DNA from: Eledone cirrhosa | Lineage: Eukaryota | DNA: 64,000 nucleotides | Direction: 5' to 3' | Assembly (NCBI GenBank): GCA_964016885.1 | Contig: OZ024757.1 | Span: forward strand, 3,162,001 to 3,226,000 | Shown: in pieces, positions 40,105 through 54,274 of the stretch | Numbering within the stretch: the stretch's first letter is position 1 | How the letters are laid out: each line of letters starts with the position of its first letter | Made by a program: the position numbers and the translations under genes | Notes under the pieces: generated by a model | Seen by the model: only the letters and a program-made list of their open reading frames with translations | The model's database searches: none | Told to the model about the DNA's origin: nothing

Positions 40105-43100
40105 AGACATTCTAAACTCATATCTATAGTATTAGAGCTGTGATCGCTCAATTCAAAGATTCTTTCCTGAAACATTCTAACCACATGTCTATAGTATCAG
40201 AGCTGTGATCTCTCCATTCAGAGATTCTTTCCTGAGACATTCTAACCACATGTCTGTAGTATCAGAGGTGTGATCTCTCAATTCAGAGATTCTTTCCTGA
40301 GACATGCTAACCACATGTCTGTAGTATCAGTGCTGTGATCTCTCAATTCAGAGATTCTTTCCTGAGACATTCTAACCACACGTCTGTAGTATCAGAGCTG
40401 TGATCTCTCAACTTAGAGATTCTTTCCTGAGACATTCTAACCACATGTCTTCAGTATTAGAGCTGTGATCTCTCAATCCAGAGATTCTTTCCTGAGACAT
40501 TCTAACCACATATCTATAGTATTAGAACTGTGATCTCTCAATTCAAAGATTCTTTCCAGAGATATTCTTACCACATGTCAGTAGTATCAGAGCTCTGATC
40601 TCTCAATTCAGAGATTCTTTCCTGAGACATTCCCGCCACCAATCTGGAGTATCAGCGTTGTGATCTCTCAATTCAGAGATTCTTTTCTCAGACATTCTAA
40701 CCACATTTCTATAGTATCATAGCTGTGATCTCTCAATTTAGAGATTCTTTCCTGAGGCATTCTAACCACATGTCTATAGCATCAGAGCTGTGATCTCTCA
40801 ATTCAGAGATTCTTTCTTGAGACATTCTAACCTCATGTCTGTAATATCAGAGCTGTGATCTCTCAATTCAGAGATTCTTTCCTGTGACATTCTAACCACA
40901 TGTCTGTAGTATCAGAGCTGTGATCTATTAATTCAGAGATTCTTTCCTGAGACATTCTAACCACATGTCTATTGTATCAGAGCGGTGATCTCTCAATTCA
41001 GAGATTCTTTCCTGAGACATTCTAACCACATGTCTATAGTATCAGAGATGTGATCTCTCAATTCATAGATTCTTTCCTGAGACATGCTAACCACATGTCT
41101 GTAGTATCAGAGCTGTGATCTCTCAATTTAGAGATTCTTTCCTGAGACATTCTAACCACATGTCTATTGTATCAGAGCGGTGATCTCTCAATTCAGAGAT
41201 TCTTTCCTGAGACATTCTAACCACATGTCTGTAGTATCAGAGCTGTGATCTCTCAATTTAGAGATTCTTTCCTGAGACATTCTAATCACATGTCTTCAGT
41301 ATTAGAGCTGTGATCTCTCAATCCAGAGATTCTTTCCTGAGACATTCTAAACACATATCTATAGTATTAGAGCTGTGATCTCTCAATTCAAAGATTCTTT
41401 CCAGAGATATTCTTACCACATGTCTGTAGTATCAGAGCTGTGATCTCTCAATTCAGAGATTCTTTCCTGAGACATTCCCGCCACCAATCTGTAGTATCAG
41501 CGTTGTGATCTCTCAATTCAGAGATTCTTTTCTCAGACATTCTAACAACATTTCTATAGTATCAGAGCTGTGATCTCTCAATTTAGAGATTCTTTCCTGA
41601 GGCATTCTAACCATATGTCTATAGCATCAGAGCTGTGATCTCTCAATTCAGAGATTCTTTCTTGAGACATTCTAACCTCATGTCTGTAGTATCAGAGCTG
41701 TGATCTCTCAATTTAGAGATTCTTTCCTGAGACATTCTAACCACATATCTATAGTATTAGAGCTGTGATCTCTCAATTCAGAGATTCTTACCTGCGACAT
41801 TCTAACCACATGTCTATAATATCAGAGCAGTGATCTCTCAATTTAGAGATTCTTTCCTGAGACATTCTAACCACATGTCTGTAGTATCAGAGCTGTGATC
41901 TCTCAATTCAGAGATTCTTTCCTGAGACATTCTAACCACATGTCTGTAGTATCAGTGCTGTGATCTCTCAATTTAGAGATTCTTTCCTGAGACATTCTAA
42001 CCACATATCTATAGTATTAGAGCTGTGATCTCTCAATTCAAAGATTCTTTCCTGAGACATTCTAACCACATGTCTGTAGTATCAGAGCTGTGATCTCTCA
42101 ATTTAGAGATTCTTTCCTGAGACATTCTAAACTCATATCTATAGTATTAGAGCTGTGATCGCTCAATTCAAAGATTCTTTCCTGAAACATTCTAACCACA
42201 TGTCTATAGTATCAGAGCTGTGATCTCTCCATTCAGAGATTCTTTCCTGAGACATTCTAACCACATGTCTGTAGTATCAGAGGTGTGATCTCTCAATTCA
42301 GAGATTCTTTCCTGAGACATGCTAACCACATGTCTGTAGTATCAGTGCTGTGATCTCTCAATTCAGAGATTCTTTCCTGAGACATTCTAACCACACGTCT
42401 GTAGTATCAGAGCTGTGATCTCTCAACTTAGAGATTCTTTCCTGAGACATTCTAACCACATGTCTTCAGTATTAGAGCTGTGATCTCTCAATCCAGAGAT
42501 TCTTTCCTGAGACATTCTAACCACATATCTATAGTATTAGAACTGTGATCTCTCAATTCAAAGATTCTTTCCAGAGATATTCTTACCACATGTCAGTAGT
42601 ATCAGAGCTCTGATCTCTCAATTCAGAGATTCTTTCCTGAGACATTCCCGCCACCAATCTGGAGTATCAGCGTTGTGATCTCTCAATTCAGAGATTCTTT
42701 TCTCAGACATTCTAACCACATTTCTATAGTATCATAGCTGTGATCTCTCAATTTAGAGATTCTTTCCTGAGGCATTCTAACCACATGTCTATAGCATCAG
42801 AGCTGTGATCTCTCAATTCAGAGATTCTTTCTTGAGACATTCTAACCTCATGTCTGTAATATCAGAGCTGTGATCTCTCAATTCAGAGATTCTTTCTTGA
42901 GACATTCTAACCTCATGTCTGTAATATCAGAGCTGTGATCTCTCAATTCAGAGATTCTTTCCTGAGACATTCTAACCACATATCTATAGTATTAGAGCTG
43001 TGATCTCTCAATTCAGAGATTCTTTCCTGAGACATTCTAAACTCATATCTATAGTATTAGAGCTGTGATCGCTCAATTCAAAGATTCTTTCCTGAAACAT

Positions 43101-46100
43101 TCTAACCACATGTCTATAGTATCAGAGCTGTGATCTCTCCATTCAGAGATTCTTTCCTGAGACATTCTAACCACATGTCTGTAGTATCAGAGGTGTGATC
43201 TCTCAATTCAGAGATTCTTTCCTGAGACATGCTAACCACATGTCTGTAGTATCAGTGCTGTGATCTCTCAATTCAGAGATTCTTTCCTGAGACATTCTAA
43301 CCACACGTCTGTAGTATCAGAGCTGTGATCTCTCAACTTAGAGATTCTTTCCTGAGACATTCTAACCACATGTCTTCAGTATTAGAGCTGTGATCTCTCA
43401 ATCCAGAGATTCTTTCCTGAGACATTCTAACCACATATCTATAGTATTAGAACTGTGATCTCTCAATTCAAAGATTCTTTCCAGAGATATTCTTACCACA
43501 TGTCAGTAGTATCAGAGCTCTGATCTCTCAATTCAGAGATTCTTTCCTGAGACATTCCCGCCACCAATCTGGAGTATCAGCGTTGTGATCTCTCAATTCA
43601 GAGATTCTTTTCTCAGACATTCTAACCACATTTCTATAGTATCATAGCTGTGATCTCTCAATTTAGAGATTCTTTCCTGAGGCATTCTAACCACATGTCT
43701 ATAGCATCAGAGCTGTGATCTCTCAATTCAGAGATTCTTTCTTGAGACATTCTAACCTCATGTCTGTAATATCAGAGCTGTGATCTCTCAATTCAGAGAT
43801 TCTTTCCTGTGACATTCTAACCACATGTCTGTAGTATCAGAGCTGTGATCTATTAATTCAGAGATTCTTTCCTGAGACATTCTAACCACATGTCTATTGT
43901 ATCAGAGCGGTGATCTCTCAATTCAGAGATTCTTTCCTGAGACATTCTAACCACATGTCTATAGTATCAGAGATGTGATCTCTCAATTCATAGATTCTTT
44001 CCTGAGACATGCTAACCACATGTCTGTAGTATCAGAGCTGTGATCTCTCAATTTAGAGATTCTTTCCTGAGACATTCTAACCACATGTCTATTGTATCAG
44101 AGCGGTGATCTCTCAATTCAGAGATTCTTTCCTGAGACATTCTAACCACATGTCTGTAGTATCAGAGCTGTGATCTCTCAATTTAGAGATTCTTTCCTGA
44201 GACATTCTAATCACATGTCTTCAGTATTAGAGCTGTGATCTCTCAATCCAGAGATTCTTTCCTGAGACATTCTAAACACATATCTATAGTATTAGAGCTG
44301 TGATCTCTCAATTCAAAGATTCTTTCCAGAGATATTCTTACCACATGTCTGTAGTATCAGAGCTGTGATCTCTCAATTCAGAGATTCTTTCCTGAGACAT
44401 TCCCGCCACCAATCTGTAGTATCAGCGTTGTGATCTCTCAATTCAGAGATTCTTTTCTCAGACATTCTAACAACATTTCTATAGTATCAGAGCTGTGATC
44501 TCTCAATTTAGAGATTCTTTCCTGAGGCATTCTAACCATATGTCTATAGCATCAGAGCTGTGATCTCTCAATTCAGAGATTCTTTCTTGAGACATTCTAA
44601 CCTCATGTCTGTAGTATCAGAGCTGTGATCTCTCAATTTAGAGATTCTTTCCTGAGACATTCTAACCACATATCTATAGTATTAGAGCTGTGATCTCTCA
44701 ATTCAGAGATTCTTACCTGCGACATTCTAACCACATGTCTATAATATCAGAGCAGTGATCTCTCAATTTAGAGATTCTTTCCTGAGACATTCTAACCACA
44801 TGTCTGTAGTATCAGAGCTGTGATCTCTCAATTTAGAGATTCTTTCCTGAGACATTCTAAACTCATATCTATAGTATTAGAGCTGTGATCGCTCAATTCA
44901 AAGATTCTTTCCTGAAACATTCTAACCACATGTCTATAGTATCAGAGCTGTGATCTCTCCATTCAGAGATTCTTTCCTGAGACATTCTAACCACATGTCT
45001 GTAGTATCAGAGGTGTGATCTCTCAATTCAGAGATTCTTTCCTGAGACATGCTAACCACATGTCTGTAGTATCAGTGCTGTGATCTCTCAATTCAGAGAT
45101 TCTTTCCTGAGACATTCTAACCACACGTCTGTAGTATCAGAGCTGTGATCTCTCAACTTAGAGATTCTTTCCTGAGACATTCTAACCACATGTCTTCAGT
45201 ATTAGAGCTGTGATCTCTCAATCCAGAGATTCTTTCCTGAGACATTCTAACCACATATCTATAGTATTAGAACTGTGATCTCTCAATTCAAAGATTCTTT
45301 CCAGAGATATTCTTACCACATGTCAGTAGTATCAGAGCTCTGATCTCTCAATTCAGAGATTCTTTCCTGAGACATTCCCGCCACCAATCTGGAGTATCAG
45401 CGTTGTGATCTCTCAATTCAGAGATTCTTTTCTCAGACATTCTAACCACATTTCTATAGTATCATAGCTGTGATCTCTCAATTTAGAGATTCTTTCCTGA
45501 GGCATTCTAACCACATGTCTATAGCATCAGAGCTGTGATCTCTCAATTCAGAGATTCTTTCTTGAGACATTCTAACCTCATGTCTGTAATATCAGAGCTG
45601 TGATCTCTCAATTCAGAGATTCTTTCTTGAGACATTCTAACCTCATGTCTGTAATATCAGAGCTGTGATCTCTCAATTCAGAGATTCTTTCCTGAGACAT
45701 TCTAACCACATATCTATAGTATTAGAGCTGTGATCTCTCAATTCAGAGATTCTTTCCTGAGACATTCTAAACTCATATCTATAGTATTAGAGCTGTGATC
45801 GCTCAATTCAAAGATTCTTTCCTGAAACATTCTAACCACATGTCTATAGTATCAGAGCTGTGATCTCTCCATTCAGAGATTCTTTCCTGAGACATTCTAA
45901 CCACATGTCTGTAGTATCAGAGGTGTGATCTCTCAATTCAGAGATTCTTTCCTGAGACATGCTAACCACATGTCTGTAGTATCAGTGCTGTGATCTCTCA
46001 ATTCAGAGATTCTTTCCTGAGACATTCTAACCACACGTCTGTAGTATCAGAGCTGTGATCTCTCAACTTAGAGATTCTTTCCTGAGACATTCTAACCACA

Positions 46101-49100
46101 TGTCTTCAGTATTAGAGCTGTGATCTCTCAATCCAGAGATTCTTTCCTGAGACATTCTAACCACATATCTATAGTATTAGAACTGTGATCTCTCAATTCA
46201 AAGATTCTTTCCAGAGATATTCTTACCACATGTCAGTAGTATCAGAGCTCTGATCTCTCAATTCAGAGATTCTTTCCTGAGACATTCCCGCCACCAATCT
46301 GGAGTATCAGCGTTGTGATCTCTCAATTCAGAGATTCTTTTCTCAGACATTCTAACCACATTTCTATAGTATCATAGCTGTGATCTCTCAATTTAGAGAT
46401 TCTTTCCTGAGGCATTCTAACCACATGTCTATAGCATCAGAGCTGTGATCTCTCAATTCAGAGATTCTTTCTTGAGACATTCTAACCTCATGTCTGTAAT
46501 ATCAGAGCTGTGATCTCTCAATTCAGAGATTCTTTCCTGTGACATTCTAACCACATGTCTGTAGTATCAGAGCTGTGATCTATTAATTCAGAGATTCTTT
46601 CCTGAGACATTCTAACCACATGTCTATTGTATCAGAGCGGTGATCTCTCAATTCAGAGATTCTTTCCTGAGACATTCTAACCACATGTCTATAGTATCAG
46701 AGATGTGATCTCTCAATTCATAGATTCTTTCCTGAGACATGCTAACCACATGTCTGTAGTATCAGAGCTGTGATCTCTCAATTTAGAGATTCTTTCCTGA
46801 GACATTCTAACCACATGTCTATTGTATCAGAGCGGTGATCTCTCAATTCAGAGATTCTTTCCTGAGACATTCTAACCACATGTCTGTAGTATCAGAGCTG
46901 TGATCTCTCAATTTAGAGATTCTTTCCTGAGACATTCTAATCACATGTCTTCAGTATTAGAGCTGTGATCTCTCAATCCAGAGATTCTTTCCTGAGACAT
47001 TCTAAACACATATCTATAGTATTAGAGCTGTGATCTCTCAATTCAAAGATTCTTTCCAGAGATATTCTTACCACATGTCTGTAGTATCAGAGCTGTGATC
47101 TCTCAATTCAGAGATTCTTTCCTGAGACATTCCCGCCACCAATCTGTAGTATCAGCGTTGTGATCTCTCAATTCAGAGATTCTTTTCTCAGACATTCTAA
47201 CAACATTTCTATAGTATCAGAGCTGTGATCTCTCAATTTAGAGATTCTTTCCTGAGGCATTCTAACCATATGTCTATAGCATCAGAGCTGTGATCTCTCA
47301 ATTCAGAGATTCTTTCTTGAGACATTCTAACCTCATGTCTGTAGTATCAGAGCTGTGATCTCTCAATTTAGAGATTCTTTCCTGAGACATTCTAACCACA
47401 TATCTATAGTATTAGAGCTGTGATCTCTCAATTCAGAGATTCTTACCTGCGACATTCTAACCACATGTCTATAATATCAGAGCAGTGATCTCTCAATTTA
47501 GAGATTCTTTCCTGAGACATTCTAACCACATGTCTGTAGTATCAGAGCTGTGATCTCTCAATTCAGAGATTCTTTCCTGAGACATTCTAACCACATGTCT
47601 GTAGTATCAGTGCTGTGATCTCTCAATTTAGAGATTCTTTCCTGAGACATTCTAACCACATATCTATAGTATTAGAGCTGTGATCTCTCAATTCAAAGAT
47701 TCTTTCCTGAGACATTCTAACCACATGTCTGTAGTATCAGAGCTGTGATCTCTCAATTTAGAGATTCTTTCCTGAGACATTCTAAACTCATATCTATAGT
47801 ATTAGAGCTGTGATCGCTCAATTCAAAGATTCTTTCCTGAAACATTCTAACCACATGTCTATAGTATCAGAGCTGTGATCTCTCCATTCAGAGATTCTTT
47901 CCTGAGACATTCTAACCACATGTCTGTAGTATCAGAGGTGTGATCTCTCAATTCAGAGATTCTTTCCTGAGACATGCTAACCACATGTCTGTAGTATCAG
48001 TGCTGTGATCTCTCAATTCAGAGATTCTTTCCTGAGACATTCTAACCACACGTCTGTAGTATCAGAGCTGTGATCTCTCAACTTAGAGATTCTTTCCTGA
48101 GACATTCTAACCACATGTCTTCAGTATTAGAGCTGTGATCTCTCAATCCAGAGATTCTTTCCTGAGACATTCTAACCACATATCTATAGTATTAGAACTG
48201 TGATCTCTCAATTCAAAGATTCTTTCCAGAGATATTCTTACCACATGTCAGTAGTATCAGAGCTCTGATCTCTCAATTCAGAGATTCTTTCCTGAGACAT
48301 TCCCGCCACCAATCTGGAGTATCAGCGTTGTGATCTCTCAATTCAGAGATTCTTTTCTCAGACATTCTAACCACATTTCTATAGTATCATAGCTGTGATC
48401 TCTCAATTTAGAGATTCTTTCCTGAGGCATTCTAACCACATGTCTATAGCATCAGAGCTGTGATCTCTCAATTCAGAGATTCTTTCTTGAGACATTCTAA
48501 CCTCATGTCTGTAATATCAGAGCTGTGATCTCTCAATTCAGAGATTCTTTCTTGAGACATTCTAACCTCATGTCTGTAATATCAGAGCTGTGATCTCTCA
48601 ATTCAGAGATTCTTTCCTGAGACATTCTAACCACATATCTATAGTATTAGAGCTGTGATCTCTCAATTCAGAGATTCTTTCCTGAGACATTCTAAACTCA
48701 TATCTATAGTATTAGAGCTGTGATCGCTCAATTCAAAGATTCTTTCCTGAAACATTCTAACCACATGTCTATAGTATCAGAGCTGTGATCTCTCCATTCA
48801 GAGATTCTTTCCTGAGACATTCTAACCACATGTCTGTAGTATCAGAGGTGTGATCTCTCAATTCAGAGATTCTTTCCTGAGACATGCTAACCACATGTCT
48901 GTAGTATCAGTGCTGTGATCTCTCAATTCAGAGATTCTTTCCTGAGACATTCTAACCACACGTCTGTAGTATCAGAGCTGTGATCTCTCAACTTAGAGAT
49001 TCTTTCCTGAGACATTCTAACCACATGTCTTCAGTATTAGAGCTGTGATCTCTCAATCCAGAGATTCTTTCCTGAGACATTCTAACCACATATCTATAGT

Positions 49101-52100
49101 ATTAGAACTGTGATCTCTCAATTCAAAGATTCTTTCCAGAGATATTCTTACCACATGTCAGTAGTATCAGAGCTCTGATCTCTCAATTCAGAGATTCTTT
49201 CCTGAGACATTCCCGCCACCAATCTGGAGTATCAGCGTTGTGATCTCTCAATTCAGAGATTCTTTTCTCAGACATTCTAACCACATTTCTATAGTATCAT
49301 AGCTGTGATCTCTCAATTTAGAGATTCTTTCCTGAGGCATTCTAACCACATGTCTATAGCATCAGAGCTGTGATCTCTCAATTCAGAGATTCTTTCTTGA
49401 GACATTCTAACCTCATGTCTGTAATATCAGAGCTGTGATCTCTCAATTCAGAGATTCTTTCCTGTGACATTCTAACCACATGTCTGTAGTATCAGAGCTG
49501 TGATCTATTAATTCAGAGATTCTTTCCTGAGACATTCTAACCACATGTCTATTGTATCAGAGCGGTGATCTCTCAATTCAGAGATTCTTTCCTGAGACAT
49601 TCTAACCACATGTCTATAGTATCAGAGATGTGATCTCTCAATTCATAGATTCTTTCCTGAGACATGCTAACCACATGTCTGTAGTATCAGAGCTGTGATC
49701 TCTCAATTTAGAGATTCTTTCCTGAGACATTCTAACCACATGTCTATTGTATCAGAGCGGTGATCTCTCAATTCAGAGATTCTTTCCTGAGACATTCTAA
49801 CCACATGTCTGTAGTATCAGAGCTGTGATCTCTCAATTTAGAGATTCTTTCCTGAGACATTCTAATCACATGTCTTCAGTATTAGAGCTGTGATCTCTCA
49901 ATCCAGAGATTCTTTCCTGAGACATTCTAAACACATATCTATAGTATTAGAGCTGTGATCTCTCAATTCAAAGATTCTTTCCAGAGATATTCTTACCACA
50001 TGTCTGTAGTATCAGAGCTGTGATCTCTCAATTCAGAGATTCTTTCCTGAGACATTCCCGCCACCAATCTGTAGTATCAGCGTTGTGATCTCTCAATTCA
50101 GAGATTCTTTTCTCAGACATTCTAACAACATTTCTATAGTATCAGAGCTGTGATCTCTCAATTTAGAGATTCTTTCCTGAGGCATTCTAACCATATGTCT
50201 ATAGCATCAGAGCTGTGATCTCTCAATTCAGAGATTCTTTCTTGAGACATTCTAACCTCATGTCTGTAGTATCAGAGCTGTGATCTCTCAATTTAGAGAT
50301 TCTTTCCTGAGACATTCTAACCACATATCTATAGTATTAGAGCTGTGATCTCTCAATTCAGAGATTCTTACCTGCGACATTCTAACCACATGTCTATAAT
50401 ATCAGAGCAGTGATCTCTCAATTTAGAGATTCTTTCCTGAGACATTCTAACCACATGTCTGTAGTATCAGAGCTGTGATCTCTCAATTTAGAGATTCTTT
50501 CCTGAGACATTCTAAACTCATATCTATAGTATTAGAGCTGTGATCGCTCAATTCAAAGATTCTTTCCTGAAACATTCTAACCACATGTCTATAGTATCAG
50601 AGCTGTGATCTCTCCATTCAGAGATTCTTTCCTGAGACATTCTAACCACATGTCTGTAGTATCAGAGGTGTGATCTCTCAATTCAGAGATTCTTTCCTGA
50701 GACATGCTAACCACATGTCTGTAGTATCAGTGCTGTGATCTCTCAATTCAGAGATTCTTTCCTGAGACATTCTAACCACACGTCTGTAGTATCAGAGCTG
50801 TGATCTCTCAACTTAGAGATTCTTTCCTGAGACATTCTAACCACATGTCTTCAGTATTAGAGCTGTGATCTCTCAATCCAGAGATTCTTTCCTGAGACAT
50901 TCTAACCACATATCTATAGTATTAGAACTGTGATCTCTCAATTCAAAGATTCTTTCCAGAGATATTCTTACCACATGTCAGTAGTATCAGAGCTCTGATC
51001 TCTCAATTCAGAGATTCTTTCCTGAGACATTCCCGCCACCAATCTGGAGTATCAGCGTTGTGATCTCTCAATTCAGAGATTCTTTTCTCAGACATTCTAA
51101 CCACATTTCTATAGTATCATAGCTGTGATCTCTCAATTTAGAGATTCTTTCCTGAGGCATTCTAACCACATGTCTATAGCATCAGAGCTGTGATCTCTCA
51201 ATTCAGAGATTCTTTCTTGAGACATTCTAACCTCATGTCTGTAATATCAGAGCTGTGATCTCTCAATTCAGAGATTCTTTCTTGAGACATTCTAACCTCA
51301 TGTCTGTAATATCAGAGCTGTGATCTCTCAATTCAGAGATTCTTTCCTGAGACATTCTAACCACATATCTATAGTATTAGAGCTGTGATCTCTCAATTCA
51401 GAGATTCTTTCCTGAGACATTCTAAACTCATATCTATAGTATTAGAGCTGTGATCGCTCAATTCAAAGATTCTTTCCTGAAACATTCTAACCACATGTCT
51501 ATAGTATCAGAGCTGTGATCTCTCCATTCAGAGATTCTTTCCTGAGACATTCTAACCACATGTCTGTAGTATCAGAGGTGTGATCTCTCAATTCAGAGAT
51601 TCTTTCCTGAGACATGCTAACCACATGTCTGTAGTATCAGTGCTGTGATCTCTCAATTCAGAGATTCTTTCCTGAGACATTCTAACCACACGTCTGTAGT
51701 ATCAGAGCTGTGATCTCTCAACTTAGAGATTCTTTCCTGAGACATTCTAACCACATGTCTTCAGTATTAGAGCTGTGATCTCTCAATCCAGAGATTCTTT
51801 CCTGAGACATTCTAACCACATATCTATAGTATTAGAACTGTGATCTCTCAATTCAAAGATTCTTTCCAGAGATATTCTTACCACATGTCAGTAGTATCAG
51901 AGCTCTGATCTCTCAATTCAGAGATTCTTTCCTGAGACATTCCCGCCACCAATCTGGAGTATCAGCGTTGTGATCTCTCAATTCAGAGATTCTTTTCTCA
52001 GACATTCTAACCACATTTCTATAGTATCATAGCTGTGATCTCTCAATTTAGAGATTCTTTCCTGAGGCATTCTAACCACATGTCTATAGCATCAGAGCTG

Positions 52101-54274
52101 TGATCTCTCAATTCAGAGATTCTTTCTTGAGACATTCTAACCTCATGTCTGTAATATCAGAGCTGTGATCTCTCAATTCAGAGATTCTTTCCTGTGACAT
52201 TCTAACCACATGTCTGTAGTATCAGAGCTGTGATCTATTAATTCAGAGATTCTTTCCTGAGACATTCTAACCACATGTCTATTGTATCAGAGCGGTGATC
52301 TCTCAATTCAGAGATTCTTTCCTGAGACATTCTAACCACATGTCTATAGTATCAGAGATGTGATCTCTCAATTCATAGATTCTTTCCTGAGACATGCTAA
52401 CCACATGTCTGTAGTATCAGAGCTGTGATCTCTCAATTTAGAGATTCTTTCCTGAGACATTCTAACCACATGTCTATTGTATCAGAGCGGTGATCTCTCA
52501 ATTCAGAGATTCTTTCCTGAGACATTCTAACCACATGTCTGTAGTATCAGAGCTGTGATCTCTCAATTTAGAGATTCTTTCCTGAGACATTCTAATCACA
52601 TGTCTTCAGTATTAGAGCTGTGATCTCTCAATCCAGAGATTCTTTCCTGAGACATTCTAAACACATATCTATAATATTAGAGCTGTGATCTCTCAATTCA
52701 AAGATTCTTTCCAGAGATATTCTTACCACATGTCTGTAGTATCAGAGCTGTGATCTCTCAATTCAGAGATTCTTTCCTGAGACATTCCCGCCACCAATCT
52801 GTAGTATCAGCGTTGTGATCTCTCAATTCAGAGATTCTTTTCTCAGACATTCTAACAACATTTCTATAGTATCAGAGCTGTGATCTCTCAATTTAGAGAT
52901 TCTTTCCTGAGGCATTCTAACCATATGTCTATAGCATCAGAGCTGTGATCTCTCAATTCAGAGATTCTTTCTTGAGACATTCTAACCTCATGTCTGTAGT
53001 ATCAGAGCTGTGATCTCTCAATTTAGAGATTCTTTCCTGAGACATTCTAACCACATATCTATAGTATTAGAGCTGTGATCTCTCAATTCAGAGATTCTTA
53101 CCTGCGACATTCTAACCACATGTCTATAATATCAGAGCAGTGATCTCTCAATTTAGAGATTCTTTCCTGAGACATTCTAACCACATGTCTGTAGTATCAG
53201 AGCTGTGATCTCTCAATTCAGAGATTCTTTCCTGAGACATTCTAACCACATGTCTGTAGTATCAGTGCTGTGATCTCTCAATTTAGAGATTCTTTCCTGA
53301 GACATTCTAACCACATATCTATAGTATTAGAGCTGTGATCTCTCAATTCAAAGATTCTTTCCTGAGACATTCTAACCACATGTCTGTAGTATCAGAGCTG
53401 TGATCTCTCAATTTAGAGATTCTTTCCTGAGACATTCTAAACTCATATCTATAGTATTAGAGCTGTGATCGCTCAATTCAAAGATTCTTTCCTGAAACAT
53501 TCTAACCACATGTCTATAGTATCAGAGCTGTGATCTCTCCATTCAGAGATTCTTTCCTGAGACATTCTAACCACATGTCTGTAGTATCAGAGGTGTGATC
53601 TCTCAATTCAGAGATTCTTTCCTGAGACATGCTAACCACATGTCTGTAGTATCAGTGCTGTGATCTCTCAATTCAGAGATTCTTTCCTGAGACATTCTAA
53701 CCACACGTCTGTAGTATCAGAGCTGTGATCTCTCAACTTAGAGATTCTTTCCTGAGACATTCTAACCACATGTCTTCAGTATTAGAGCTGTGATCTCTCA
53801 ATCCAGAGATTCTTTCCTGAGACATTCTAACCACATATCTATAGTATTAGAACTGTGATCTCTCAATTCAAAGATTCTTTCCAGAGATATTCTTACCACA
53901 TGTCAGTAGTATCAGAGCTCTGATCTCTCAATTCAGAGATTCTTTCCTGAGACATTCCCGCCACCAATCTGGAGTATCAGCGTTGTGATCTCTCAATTCA
54001 GAGATTCTTTTCTCAGACATTCTAACCACATTTCTATAGTATCATAGCTGTGATCTCTCAATTTAGAGATTCTTTCCTGAGGCATTCTAACCACATGTCT
54101 ATAGCATCAGAGCTGTGATCTCTCAATTCAGAGATTCTTTCTTGAGACATTCTAACCTCATGTCTGTAATATCAGAGCTGTGATCTCTCAATTCAGAGAT
54201 TCTTTCTTGAGACATTCTAACCTCATGTCTGTAATATCAGAGCTGTGATCTCTCAATTCAGAGATTCTTTCCTG
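38870..54274. repeat. Nested, near-identical HOR expansion: 31-14-28-14 monomer pattern, super-period 87 monomers (5655 bp)
   Basis: Monomers with AATCTGGAGT start at 40625, 42640, 43550, 45370, 46280, 48295, 49205, 51025, 51935 and 53950. Spacings are 31, 14, 28, 14, 31, 14, 28, 14, 31 monomers. Confidence 0.92.
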
